A stretch of DNA of 64,000 bases from Marsupella aquatica (GCA_973895155.1 OZ316897.1:3053416-3117415), one strand, 5' to 3'; numbered from the stretch's first letter, positions 25,501 to 38,046 are shown. Translations and numbers: made by a program. Notes: generated from the letters alone by a model not told the origin.

Positions 25501-26560
25501 CTACTCCTGGTACTAGTGGTGCTCGGGGGGGGGAGTAGTCGTGAGGTAGGTTCTTCCCACCGTGGTAGTGGTGGTAGTCGTGTGTCATCAGCACACGTTG
25601 ATGACCAGGGGGAGGAGGAGGACCCTGAGGATGAGGAGGAGGAGCAGGAGGGGCAGGAGGAGCCGGAGGAGCCAGAGGAGCAGCAGGAGCAGGAGCAGGA
25701 GCGCCGACGGCCATCACGCACCCGTCACCAACAGGATCCCCGAAAGGATAAGGGCAAGAAGCCAGCCAAGAAGCCAACCAAGAGGAGCCGCAAGAGCCCA
25801 TTCTAGTTATTTTGTAGAGATACATGCATGAGAGTGACTTGTCATGCCGGAGCTTAGGGTAGGAAGAGGCAGCATAGGTTTAGAAGGGCGGACCTAGCAT
25901 CAGATATTTCCCCCCTCTTGTCCATGTATAGGGTTCTTTGAAGCCCTATCATTTTGTTCATGCTTTTCCATTTTATAAAACAACAATTTTGCCTTCCACA
26001 TTGGGTTCCAAGGAAAACCCCACACAAATAATGTATTGAATCCTATGTGATCATAATTTTGTGAACCCTTTAAGAACTCATTCCCATCGCACAATATTAA
26101 CCCCAAGGCGTCGCACTTTTTGAGTCAATTAACTTCAGAACTTCAGATCCAAATATGTCGGGTTTTTGTGATACTTCTAGGATCGCACTTTCCTAATCGC
26201 AACCGTTCACAAACTTCTGAAATCACCGGTATCGCTCTTTGTCATACAATCCCCATCAAAACAATTGAACCAGTATCAATCGCAAATATGATGCGATGGT
26301 AAATCCGTCTCAAATATTGACGCCCGCGCGGGACGTGTGCGTGTATGTTTGCGAACCTTATGCGACGTATAATGGATCGCAGAAGTATTGAATATTGCGA
26401 ACCTCTCAGCTTCTCAGTTTGCCATGATGTTGCGATGCCGTTGCGATGGTCCGAGTGCGAAGTTATTAGGTTTGCAAAGTGCGAAGGGGGTGCGATGCGC
26501 GTATGTTCGCAATAGCCAGAATTATGAAAATCAGGGGCTTGTTAGTTGCGATGAGATTGT

Positions 26561-26591
26561 CTTCGCAAAACCGGCCGATAGTGTTGTAGTG
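26561..26591 (-). repeat. CACTA right TIR
   Basis: CTTCGCAAAACCGGCCGATAGTGTTGTAGTG. Confidence 0.9.
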
Positions 26592-29500
26592 AATGATTGC
26601 CTTGATAATTCTGTTGGGCTTAATGTTTGATGTAAATGTTCTGCCACCGGGGGTCCGGAAAGGAATGAGTCTATACAAGCGATCTCCAAGAGCGGATTTT
26701 TGCTTTGCTGCAACCTCTTCCTTGGAAAGGCCAGCATAATCTTCTTTGGCTGGTCTTGCCAGTTCAAGCTGATCCATGGATTCTACCAAGAAATGACCTT
26801 GAAACCCTCTGAAATGTTTTTCCCAATCCGGTTCTTGTTCCTGGGAGACTCCAAGGAAAACAATGGACTCAATAATACCCGACATGAAATGCGATGAGCG
26901 GACTTCTTTCGCACTCTTCCAATAGCTTCCATACTCCAGATGAGCATTATAACTAGAAGGTAGATCAGTGATAGCTTCAATAATTCTGGCCAGCAAGAGA
27001 CCTGGGTGCACAAAAAACATGATAGTCACCAAGTCGTTGGCGGGGACATTCACGACAGTCTTCAAGAAATTCAGCAGCTCCGATTGTGTCTAGGTATTTT
27101 GAATTGAGTGTGTGATATTGACAATAGCAAGTGACGCATTAATCCTCTCCCTATAGCTTATCAAATCAAAAGGAGGCTCCGCGGAAGCAAGAAGATTCCC
27201 AGAGTAAAATATTCAATATGGATCCATTCTCTCGCGGACAGTTCCCCCAAATTTCTTTTGGTAAATATTCCGTAACCTATTCTTCAAAGGTTCCGGCATA
27301 TCGGATTTTGCTGAGACCTTGACTAAACTCTTGAAATAAGCATTGTTGACCATTGAGCAACATCGATCCAATTCTTCATTGGTGAAATTAAACTCGCGGA
27401 CCATGTTTGACCAAACGGCCCCAACATTGAAAACACTTTCATAGGTCTCACGGTAGAACCGCAAGATTGCACCTTTCAGCTTTTCAGTATACTTGGCTTT
27501 CATGGCAAGATCGGACATTGAAGGTATATCTGTCCTTGCATGTCTTCTCTTCATCAAGAGAACCTCTCCCGATTGAACTTTATTCAAGATAGAGGTAATG
27601 TCAGATTCTTGCGCCCCTTCAAATACCCTGAATGTCGTCCTAGTAAGCTGCTTTGCTTCCCTCTTCTTCCCAGTCATCTCTCCATTGTTGTCAGGTAAAC
27701 TACCGGACAACCAACTATTGTAGACCGACATCCACAACTTATAGAGGCTCTCCGATGCGAAAAGGATCCAGTTGTATTCGCTGATGCTACTCACTTTCAG
27801 TGTGACTTTGGCCAACCCTTCGTAATCCTACAACCCAACAACAAACGGTAAGAACAACACAGTAAACCAAACCTTTGGAGAAGGTATCTTAGAGCCAAGC
27901 CTCGGATTCTACACGAGGCTCGTGTGGACCACAAAAGAAATTATGGTGTCAACAAGAACGGACCTGGAATTCCTGGGATTTTTGCCCTGACGGCACTGGC
28001 CGCACTGGTCAATTCATTTCCGAATATTGCATTCTCACATGCCTGACCTGGTCGATGAATGGTGACGAGAAACGATGTGCTTCAACTTGCAAGTTGTTTG
28101 CATGTGAAATCTCAACCAACACCTTAACAGGTGTCGACCCCTTGAGAATTCTTGCACGACGGAATTTGAGGAGGTTGGCAGTTTCAACCAGAGATGGCTG
28201 TGTCCGGGAACTCCGAATGATTTTCCTCGCGGCCTTAGTCGAGTGTTGACCACTTATTGCAAAATATTGATACTCAGATAATTGTTTAGAATCAAAATCT
28301 CTGACGGAAAGATCGATAAGACTATAAACACCATTAATCATCTTGTAAGGCACCAGATCTGTAGGCAAAGGTTCCTGACCGGCATTTGAAATCATCAACT
28401 GAACAAGATGGTTGACATGGTCTTCATTGAGTAACCGCTCATTCATTTTTGCCGGCGAAGGATAGATATTCATCAAAGGAACGAGGAAAAATTTTGACAG
28501 CCCAAAAGAATACCAGCATCGGTTTTGCTGCAAAGTCTTTTCTGCCCTCTCAAGTCTGGCTTGATCAACGATTACTTTAGAACTCGAGTCAGCATTCATC
28601 TCTCCCATGTCATCCACGACATCCATCTCAATTATCTCCACTTTCTTACGTTGTTTCTTCGGGATTGGGGCATCGGTTTCCGATGCCTCTTTTGTTCCCT
28701 CAGTCTCTCTTTTACGGCCCCTTCCATGCTTGGACTTCTCCGATCTTGTCACCCCATGGTCTGTGGATACGTCTTGCACTTGAGTATTGACCTTTTGAGA
28801 TTTTGAGGGTACCTTCTATTTCACGACAGCGGAAGGTGTTGCAGTGAAGCCTTACGAGACAAATCCTTCTTAACGACACCTTTTGATATGGGTTCTGCTA
28901 TCTCTTCCACAATTGCCTGCTTCTTTTGAGCCTTCTTCTTGACAGCCTTCTTTTGTTCTGGCATTTCGGCCGCTTTAATGTTCTTCTATGGTTGTTTGGA
29001 CTTTGCAATCTGTGGCCCTTTCACCTTAGTAGAGCTAGTGTGGATTTTTTCCTGAGGGACATTAGCTTTCCCAACCTTCTCTGGAAGAGCGATCTTTGAA
29101 GACAATCTCTTCTTCTTGGAAGGAGGAGCGTCTTCTTCCATTTGCTTTCTTTTCTTTTTCTTCTGCACCTCCATCTCAGTCTCAGAGTCCTTTTCCTCTT
29201 CAGGCTCTGAGCCTCCCATGAGTTCTTCATCCACGACTTGGATATCATCTTCAAAGATCTCCTCTATTCCAACCAACTCAGGACTCAAAGAGTCACTGGG
29301 AACAATGCTCGGTTCATCTGATGTACCCTGTGAACTTGATGATCCTAAATCTGAACTCGACGACGATCCAGGTTCCTGTACAACTTTGCTTGCTTTGAGA
29401 TTTGGGCCACCACCATGACGTCCGTGCCTTTTCTGATTCAAATTGAAGGCCTTCACTACAGGATGGGTTGCAACCCAACGTTTAATTCTTTCCTCGTCAA

Positions 29501-30107
29501 CTAGATCTGGGAAAGCAATTTCCGGAACAATCTCGATCTCCTACCGGAGTTCATCTTTTGGTAAAGATAGAGACATGACATAAATAACATGCTTGGTTGC
29601 AGAAAGGTGAGATTGATAATCTTTGAAGAACAAAAAACTAACCCTTCCCAGCCCTGAAACAATATCCTCAGCAGTGAGAGCATTATCTGGATCCATGAAA
29701 CGATGAGTGGATGGATCAAAAAAGGATGGATCAAAAATCCTAAGGACGTTATGTTCATTGTCGCATCATTTGGCTCAAGACAATGTGCGCAACAATATTG
29801 TCCAACGGCAAGAGAGAACTCTCTATTTCCACAATTAACGCGGTCCTCCACCGTCACTGTCAGAAAGACCTTCCCCTTCTGGTGCTCTAGTGCTTTTGAA
29901 ATCCTACAATCGGCAAGCACACCCAAGTACTTCCAAAACCTTTTGGGCTTGGCAATAACGATCCCCCGCAACCAACACCTCCAAGCGTCACCCTCCATAC
30001 GCATTTCAAAAGACCATGAATTGACGATTGGATTTCGGTGGCTAATAGTGCTTCGACTTAGCGGCTGCGGTAGGCGCGGGTGGCTGAAACAAACATACGG
30101 GAATCCT
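26592..30107 (-). pseudogene. Large multidomain gene: unknown N-terminus, charged linker, ParB/Srx-like domain, helical region, beta-class N6/N4 DNA methyltransferase-like fold
   Basis: Chained ORFs 29501-30004, 28986-29456, 28009-28779, 27213-27815 and 26592-27065, with stops, frameshifts and an intron at about 27963-27828. ParB-like: VPLMNIYP...NERLLNEDHVNHLVQLM...YFAISGQHSTKAA. MTase-like: ESIVFLG...KPNRIIKAII-FS..EIVLDFF.G. Confidence 0.7.
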
Positions 30108-30309
30108 AGGAAAGAACCAATACGGAAGATTTAGAACAGAGTCCAAGATGTCAAAACAAATGCCGAGATTTTATTATTCACAAAAATAGACAATCCGTCC
30201 AAAAAACAACTCATTCGACCAAAATGGACTTTGCCCGCTCGACTACCATCTTCTAAAGTTGGGGCACATATTCATCTGGGTGCCTCGAACTCCAACTAAA
30301 CAACTCGTC

Positions 30310-30760
30310 TAGTACTAAGTCTTGACAGATGAGTTCTAGGGAAATGTCTCCCAGGCTGCTTCCTTCTTCAGCCTCTTGATAGTCTAGAGGTGGCCTTCCT
30401 CCTGGGCCGTCATGATAATCAGCTTCTTTGTGAGCGTTTGTATCTAACTCTCACGGAGCTCATCAAGCTTGGCGGCCTCCTTCATCACTAGGCACAACTC
30501 CTGACATGTCTGAAGATGGTTCCGCTGAGCTCAAAAATATCTTCCAGCATAATCCTTTCTAATCGAACTAATCTCTTCATCTTTCTCCTTCACAGATTCT
30601 CGCAGGGTCTCAAGTTCTTCGAGGATATCCTCAGTCATTTGGGACTCCTTCTCATGTTTATCTTTGATCGATTTCAAATGTTTCAAGGCATTGTCGATTT
30701 GGCCTTCAAGGTGACAAATGAGCCTCGTGTGAGTAACATGCTCTACACGAGAGTTGCGTG
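30310..30760 (-). pseudogene. Decayed coiled-coil protein
   Basis: ORF 30531..30800 (LEGQIDNALKHLKSIKDK...LEELETLRESVKEKDEEI) continues after a frameshift with several stops. Confidence 0.35.
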
Positions 30761-31799
30761 AAAGCAAATGGAAATGATATTTACTCCAACGCATTTTCAT
30801 ATGGAAGCACTGATGGGATGAGGATCGTCCGGGATCTACATGAGAGTCGCATGAAGATAGATTCAGATAAAAAATTTCTAAAACTGATTTGGAGAAAAAG
30901 ACTGAGGGTTACCTTCAAGCATGATCTGTGCGTTCACGGCATAGTACTGGAGCTCATTTACACGAGTCTCGTGTAGAAAACTTAGTACTGGGTATTACAT
31001 AACACAAATAAATCTAATAGGATAATGTCTACACGAGACTCGTGTGGAAGGAACCCGCTGAAATTTGAAATAAAAACAAACAACGAAAAGAAAAACTAAA
31101 GATCTACACAACTATCGTGTGGAAATACCTTCAACTCTGGTGAAAGTTGTGACCGACATCTCTCGGACCTCCGATTCTGATAGATTCGCCATGAAACCTC
31201 TTTGCACGTGTGAAACAATTTGCAAAATATGGACGGAATTGAGCAGAACTCAAAGGTAGAGACGAATGAGCAAAAGGGCGGAGAAAGAGCGAGAGGGCAA
31301 AGATGAAGGAATGAGTGAATGAGCAAATCTCCTTGAAATATATAACTGACATGAGGAATGGGCAAGCGTGAAAATGGGCTAGCGTGAAGCGTGAAGACAT
31401 CATTAAGAGCGCCGCCAAAAATATCAACGAATCTTACCAGGCGACAATCGTGCAGAGCTATCAGCCTGTCACATTCGAGCAGATGTGCTTATTCTTTTGT
31501 CATTATCTGTTGTCATTATCTGACATGATTAATTGCGCCGCCAAAATATCGGAAAATTGGACCACACGATGATCTAGCAGAGCGGCCACCCTATCATTTT
31601 CATCCATTATATTTGGGATTTCTATCTGGGAGTGGTATTTATCGATTAGTTGTCCTGATTCTCTAGTCATTCTCTCGCCAGAGGTGAATGGTTCCGAGGA
31701 CAAGTTCTGGCACGAGTGGTTCAGAGGACAGGTTTTGGCACGGGTTTGAGTCCAAGGACTGCTTCTGGGCGCCCAATCGGTACGTCCCTTCTGGGATTC

Positions 31800-31880
31800 C
31801 ATTCCTGTGACAATCTCATTCCTGTGACTGTCTCATTCCTGTGACTGTCTCATTCCTATCAGTATCTCATTCCTGTCACT
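31800..31880. repeat. 17-bp tandem repeat, about 5 copies
   Basis: CATTCCTGTGACTGTCT-like units located between the divergent genes. Confidence 0.8.
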
Positions 31881-32579
31881 CTTGGAGAATGTTTTTTTAG
31901 GACAATTATCTGTACCTCATTTCTTTTAAAAGTTCTACTAAATAGGGGTACTGTAATAGGATATTCAGCATTTCAAGAGGAATTAGACCTCATTTCTTCC
32001 TTAACTGCCCTAATTTTAGAATTAGACTTCATTTCTTCTTAATTGAGGATGATTGAGGGTCTTGACATGGGTTATGTCTTGGTCTTGAGGAATTGGACTT
32101 CAATTGTAACACAATTTATCAGTTGGGTGGTTCCTTAATGTGATATTACATGGATTGGGGATTTGTACCTTGTTGGAATTTGTACCCTAATGGAATTTGT
32201 ACACTGGTGGACCTTTTACCCTGTTGGAATTTGTACCTTGTTGGACTTTCCTTCTCTCTTAGAGTGAAGCATCGAATAATAGTGGGTCCTTTCCTTACTT
32301 CTTGTGGGACTTTTTGTCATAAATGCATATGATTGTGATAATTCCGTTACTTTTGGGAGATGTGTAGACCTAAGCTGATGCTCTACATGAGGCTCGCCTA
32401 GCCATCGAACCTCCTTGTGTTTCCTTCCACTACCTGTATGCGTTAATAATTCTACACGAGCCTTGTGTTGAGGGATATTGACGTGCATGTTTTATTCTGG
32501 TTAACCAGGTCTTTTCCTGCCGGTGAATAATTCCCGTCTTGTGTCCACATGAGAGTCGTGTCGAAGTTACTGTTAAACT

Positions 32580-35500
32580 TGAATTGGTCAAGAATATGTT
32601 TTCCCTTGGGGATTGAGTTAATCTCTTATTGAACAATGAACCGGTTGCGGGTGGGACAGTTTTCAGCATTACTTCCTCGGACTCTTGTCACAACATTCTG
32701 ATTGGCGAGCATAGAATTAGTGTTTCTGTTGAGGATGCATTCTTCCACCTTGCTGAGTTACCTTATCCAAATGCAGGGGCGGACCTGGTCGGTGAAAGCT
32801 TAAATTCAGTAATTCTGTGGGATCGGTCCAACGTCAGGTTTGCAGAAAGCCAGCACCCGGTTTATCCAGGTGACAACCAAGAGGAGATTCATCTAGAACA
32901 GGAAGCAGGTTTTGGGGAGCAAGATGCCACAGGAGACACTGTCCATAGTCAGGACAATGTTCTCTTGAGTGAGGACCTGAGCGATCAAAGTAGGTGGTTC
33001 AAGAAGTTTGCTTTGCTTTACAGAGACGATGATGAGACACTACTAGCTCGAGGGTGTATCACAAATCCGCACCCTTAAGCATCGATTAACAATGAGAGAG
33101 TTGGAGATGATCATGTCAGGATCAATGTTCTCACACTGGCCACCGACAACAACATCTCAAAGATGATGTTCCCTTATTTTGTTGAGGGAACGCCTTGCAC
33201 AATCAAATGGCCTTTGCGGAGAACTCGGATCGAGCCTGGAATGCAATTGTTAAGCGATCTATTGGATCAAAATGAATTCCTGAATCCTGAGCGAGCAATT
33301 GTATCATATGTTAAACCAAAGCGAGGCTATAATAATCAATGTCGCAACCCGCAGGCTCCTGAGGAGAAGGAAAGGAAGAAGATTCATAGAAGGCGTAACA
33401 GAAAGAAGACTCGGAAATCTATTGATGCTATCTTCCAGGTTGAGTGCTGCACAAAGAATTGTTGTAGGAGACAACAGTGGGAAGTGGTCAATCAGATTAG
33501 AGATGAATTTTATGGTCTCTCTCACGCCGATCAACAGACGTACATTTTGAACCATCTACACGGGAGGGATACGGAAACTATAGAGGCCGGGATGATTATT
33601 TTTTGTGGGACACATGTCTGTAAAGAAGGGTTTTGGACCATTCATGGTTTCTTCAGAGGAACCTTCTATTCAATCTATAGTCAGTATCGGAATGGGGCAA
33701 AAGTTGGCGTTCATGGCAACCAAGGATCAATGAAAACCAAAGACTACGTCACGCTATTTGTGGAGTCTATACGAAGTGTATTCCAGAAATGTGCAAAGCC
33801 TATGCCTCATCTCCATAAAATTGGAGAGTCTGGAAAGCAGGAGGTCGTGTATAGGGTTCCCATAAGCTACGAGAGGAAAGATGTTTATCAAGAGGCTTGC
33901 AAGCTTAACAAGAATCTTGGAGCTTCTTCTCCTGTCATCACTACTTTCTACAAGATATTGGAGAAAAAGTTTCCCAATTTTCAGTTTCCTGATCGAAGCA
34001 ATTTTGCAAAATGCGATCTTTGTACTACAATCAAAGAGACTCTTCGAGGCGAGAAGAGACAAGATGTTGTTCTTGAAATCAAGGCCAAAAGAGAACGTCA
34101 CATGCTGGAACAACAGTCTCGGAGAAGCATGTATTATGCAGCCAAACTGGCAGCAGATCAAGAGCCAAAGAAGTATCTCTCGGTGATTCATGACAAAATG
34201 GATCAAGCCAAAACAGGGATACCAAAAATGACTTCAACTCTTAAAAGTCAAGCGGGTAAATCAATTCCGTTACCGATGACGTTGACTGGAATGCTCACGC
34301 ATGGACGGGATCTCGGAAACTATGCCCATTTTGCACTTGGTGGATTGTGGGCGAGTGATCCTGATATCACAGTCTCATCTCTTTCAAAGTTGTTCAGGGA
34401 TCTTGAGTCATTCTCTGGGGATAAGACTGGAGATTTATCGCTGAGGAGCACAGACGTGTCTGATCCTATTTTTGTTGCGCTTTTAGATCGTCGGGCTTTT
34501 GAGATTGGCTATCTAGAAAGGAAGAATGTGGATTTTGACCATTTAAAGGTTTTGAAAACAAAGCTCCGCGTGAGCCTCGCGTGGAACCCTCATCCTCCAA
34601 TTCTTTTCGATCACTTCCACGCCATTTGCACCTCCAACTTGACAATTCAGGGAAGGACAATAAGAATCAAACCGTGATCGCATATTATAGTGAGCTTGTT
34701 CTTCGAGGAGTGTTTGAGTCCGTTACACTCTCCTTTCTGATGGTTGGTCATACTTATGAGGACGTTGACGCATTCTTTTCACGAGTAGGAATTTGGATTT
34801 ATAATCGTGAGTTAACAACTTTCTTTAGTTTGATGGCTGAAGTTTGGGAGATGGAGAAGAAGCATCCAGTCCCAAGATTCAACCGGGAGGTTGCCGGATA
34901 CAAAGCTTATGTTTCTTCTTATGTGAAGAAGATCCAAGGTCAGTCGGCCCCTATGCAGTTCTTGTTTTCAATGAAAGAAAATACACCTGTTTATCAATAT
35001 CGGGAGAAAATTGATTCGTCGTGGCTACCTGCAAAAGGTCACACCATTTGGAAAACTACTAGAAAGGACTCTGTGTTTCCCACCGGAAATCCTCTTTCAA
35101 AACAAATGGAGTCGACTCATAAGCGAGCGAGTGACATTCTCGAATACCTCGTTCATTACGTTTCATGGCTAAAAGCCGCCTGGAAAGATGTCACATCAGA
35201 GGGATATCATTTTTGATCCCCAGAAATTGAGTATTGGGAAAATGTCATCAGGGTCTTCAAAGGTTCCCTGTGCTCTGCGCCTAATCTGGAGAGGGACTAT
35301 CTGCTACTCGATGGGTCTTGGCCAAGAACTAACCATGGAACCGGATATCGAGTTGAGGTTGGGATTTCTGAGAATAACATTGGCTCTATCAATGATGTTG
35401 TGGGCAGCCTTGAGCGTGAACTTCAGGAAGATCAATATGAGAGACAGACAATATTTGTTGGCCACCGCTCGGAGCGAGAAAGGTCAAGATTCTCCCCACT

Positions 35501-35885
35501 TGAGGATATTAAAAAGGATACGTTTGTTATTCTTCGTCCAACAGATGAATTCGAACAAACAGTTCCCCTTCAATTCTGGCTAGGAAGAGCCATGGATTGC
35601 GTTGTGTGGGTTCCAGATGATGCTCATGCTGGGGAGTTTGAGGTGGAATGGTGGAGACCTGTCCATCAAAAATCGTCTGTCCCAGACTCTGAACAATATC
35701 GGGATTGTTTCAATTCTAAACAGTCCTGGGAAGTTGATCCAAATTACCAAAGTCCTACAATCCAACACGACTGGCTCCTTGCAACGTCTACAATCAATGG
35801 CTGGAATTCAAAGGCAAAGGGTAAAGTGAAAGTTCCAGTTCATGTTCTTGAAAGCATGAATGCATACATTTCCGAGAACTTCTGA
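32580..35885 (+). pseudogene. Sola-like/DUF7869-type DDE transposase with N-terminal Tnp1/DUF8039-like repeats and a C-terminal Tudor/SH3-like domain
   Basis: ECCTKNCC, C..GFW..HG, FAKCDLC, VIHDKMDQ, LHLQLDNSGKDNKN, FLMVGHTYEDVDAFFSR. Stop at 33076; frameshifts near 34545, 35213 and 35400. Confidence 0.8.
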
Positions 35886-38046
35886 ACGGAGTGTTTGTTT
35901 CTGCACGAGGCTCGCGTAGGGCCTCTTCATTTTGCCTTACCAAGGAAGGTTTAGGTAGACCATTTGGATCTGCACGAGGGTCGCGTAGAGCGGCCTCGCT
36001 CTGGTCTCTAGGCTAGGGTCTACTAAAAGCGACATGGCCGTAGACCCGTGATTCGCATGCTTTGGCCATTTTTTGGTCTTGTCCAAATAGGGAACTCCTC
36101 ACTCTCTTTTGCCATTCTGCGGTTTCTGATTCACTTTCAATCTGCTGTTGATGTTAGTTTCTGTCGTCATTTGATTTGTGTTAGTTTTCATATTTATTAA
36201 TCTGATTTCAAGAGGATCTCTTGAGTTCTCTTGATGAATCCACCAGTGACGTCCAAGGACCTCGGCGTGACCAACAACTCAACAGAGGTTTCCCCGCCTC
36301 ATAGCTCAAAGGAGGGGAATGCCCCAAGGAGGTCTTCCAAGATTTACACACCTACGGATGGGTTTGACCGTAATTGCAATTCTGACGAAGAAGGATCTTT
36401 TTTTAAGAGAGTGTACTCGATGTAAAAGGTTTCTCTTGTCAGAACTCGATGGAGATACCTGTGGCTTTCCTGATTGTAAGACACCTGGAGAATAAAAAAT
36501 GGACGATTCAAAGATTAGCCGTGGAGGAAATTCCGTGCCGTCTATCGAGGGGCAGGAGGCATCAGGTGCGAGGAAAGCCGGAAAGATGCCCAGGGAGACT
36601 GTCAACAAAAGAAGCATGAAGGAAAACGTCAATGTCTACTATGGGAAGGGAAAGAAGCAGCGGCGGGCTCCGATGGACCATCAAGCTTGGGCAAAGGAAC
36701 CATTCCTTGATTGCTGCGAATCCACTCCGGACTCGGATGAGTGGATGCCATCTTTGTGGAACGATTAAGATTTGAAGCCATTTGGGAGTCTTAAGTTTTT
36801 GAAGCATTTTGAGGATTACGCGAGTCTCGCGTAGATATTCAACTCCGGAAATTTTAGATTGTGTTCGCTCACTTTTGTTTCTGCTTTAAGCTAGTAAAGG
36901 AGATTTCCTTATCTGAAAGGTGTTTAGGAACCTGGACGGTGGTTGGAGGAATGCCTCTTGCAACTGTGAGATCGTAGATCAACCCTAAACCCAAATCTCT
37001 TTCTGCGCTAGTCTCACGTAGAGCGTTGAGGTCCTTCTGTTCCTCCGCAATTGTCTTACCCACATCTCGATGCCAGCTTCCTTGGGTAGTTTGGTTGGAG
37101 TCATCTTCCCAACAGATTTTGAATTCCGTTTTGGCATCGATGACATTGGTTTGAGGGATGCCTCTTCCAACATCAACTAGCTTTGTGAATAATGAAAAGT
37201 TTTCCTTTTCAAAATTGTGTGCACGTTGTCAATCACTTGCATGTATCTTCAGCTCTGATGTATCTCATTTTTTTGTGTCACCTCTTTCCTAAAACTTTGG
37301 AGGACACGATTATCGCATAGAGTACCCTGAGCAAGTAGACTTGATTTCCAGTTACCCAATAGAGCGCAGCTTAGTGCAGATTCCTTGTTCGACGGCTGTC
37401 TAATCCTTGGGCTCTAGAAGTCCCCCCCTTTGGGCCAAGCTTCTGACCCAGATTGAGGCCTTCCTCTTGAGATTTTGTTAACATTGTGAATCATCTATGG
37501 GGTGATTAGAGAGATCGAGTGATTCATAGAATTGGTCTAAGGAGGGTTCCTTTCCAAGCCCATAATAACCTTGCCCCAACCAGTCCCCATTAAAGTTTAA
37601 CGGGTCTCCTCATGGCATGTTTGCTATTCAATATTCTTTCCAAGCAGATACCCTGCCCCAACCAGCCCCCATTAAAGTTGTAATGGGACTCCTCCTCATC
37701 GCAGGTTTGCTATTCAGTATTCAAATGGGTGACCTCAATTGCCAAACTGGAATTTCAATTTCAATGGTGCCCTTTGTGTTCATTCCAAAACTCTAAACTA
37801 AATATTCCAAAACCTCATTTTAGAAATTCCAAAACCCCTTCTCTAAATTTCCAAAAAGCACTTTTCAATATTCCATTCTTGGGAGAATTTTCCAGAATTA
37901 GTGAAATGTCTGATGACTTATCATAACATTAGGGTCCTTCTAACCAATTTTTGAAATATTCCAAGAATATTCCAACTTATAGTGGTTGAAAAAATCAATT
38001 TTTTTCTTACATTTTAGTGGGTCTGAGGCCTAAAAATGTCGCAGGT

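Larger units (their letters stand above)
15791..25806 (+). pseudogene. CACTA TnpA/Ptta-like ORF2; exons 15791-16099 + 24060-24776, 25245-25346, 25441-25806; interrupted by Pack-CACTA
   Basis: Removing 16100-24059 gives in-frame ...ERTKSGV|ASPQALEKQ. Contains the RP.HF.EDI(*/W) and HKLGQGG motifs of the Transposase_24 type, GT-AG introns and an acidic/basic tail. Stop at 24492; the last exon has a frame disturbance. Confidence 0.75.
8735..26591. mobile_element. CACTA (En/Spm) transposon, about 9.9 kb excluding the nested insert
   Basis: Left end CACTACTACA-TATTGGCCCCTTTTGCGAAG; right end reverse complement CACTACAACACTATCGGCCGGTTTTGCGAAG. 3-bp TSD AAT at 8732-8734 and 26592-26594. TCGCA/TGCGA subterminal repeats. 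Flanks rejoin one reading frame. Confidence 0.93.
27909..37021. repeat. Dispersed 19-bp palindrome CTACACGAGnCTCGTGTAG (at least 9 copies)
   Basis: Copies start at 27909, 30958, 31029, 32383, 32452, 35901, 35970, 36816 and 37003. Confidence 0.8.
8323..37700. mobile_element. Large Sola-like (DUF7869-type DDE) transposon hosting the nested CACTA; boundaries approximate
   Basis: Contains the DDE transposase pseudogene (+), a divergent ParB-MTase-fold gene (-) and a shared palindromic motif at 27.9-37.0 kb. No TIR or TSD identified. Confidence 0.45.

Noticed and set aside
25374-25825. Ser/Cys-rich and Pro-rich ORFs on the minus strand
   Set aside because: They are antisense shadows of the Glu-rich tail of the TnpA-like gene.
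26466-26591. C-terminus of ORF 26466..27065 as a real protein end
   Set aside because: It is read-through into the CACTA right TIR; the true continuation is at 8731 and below.
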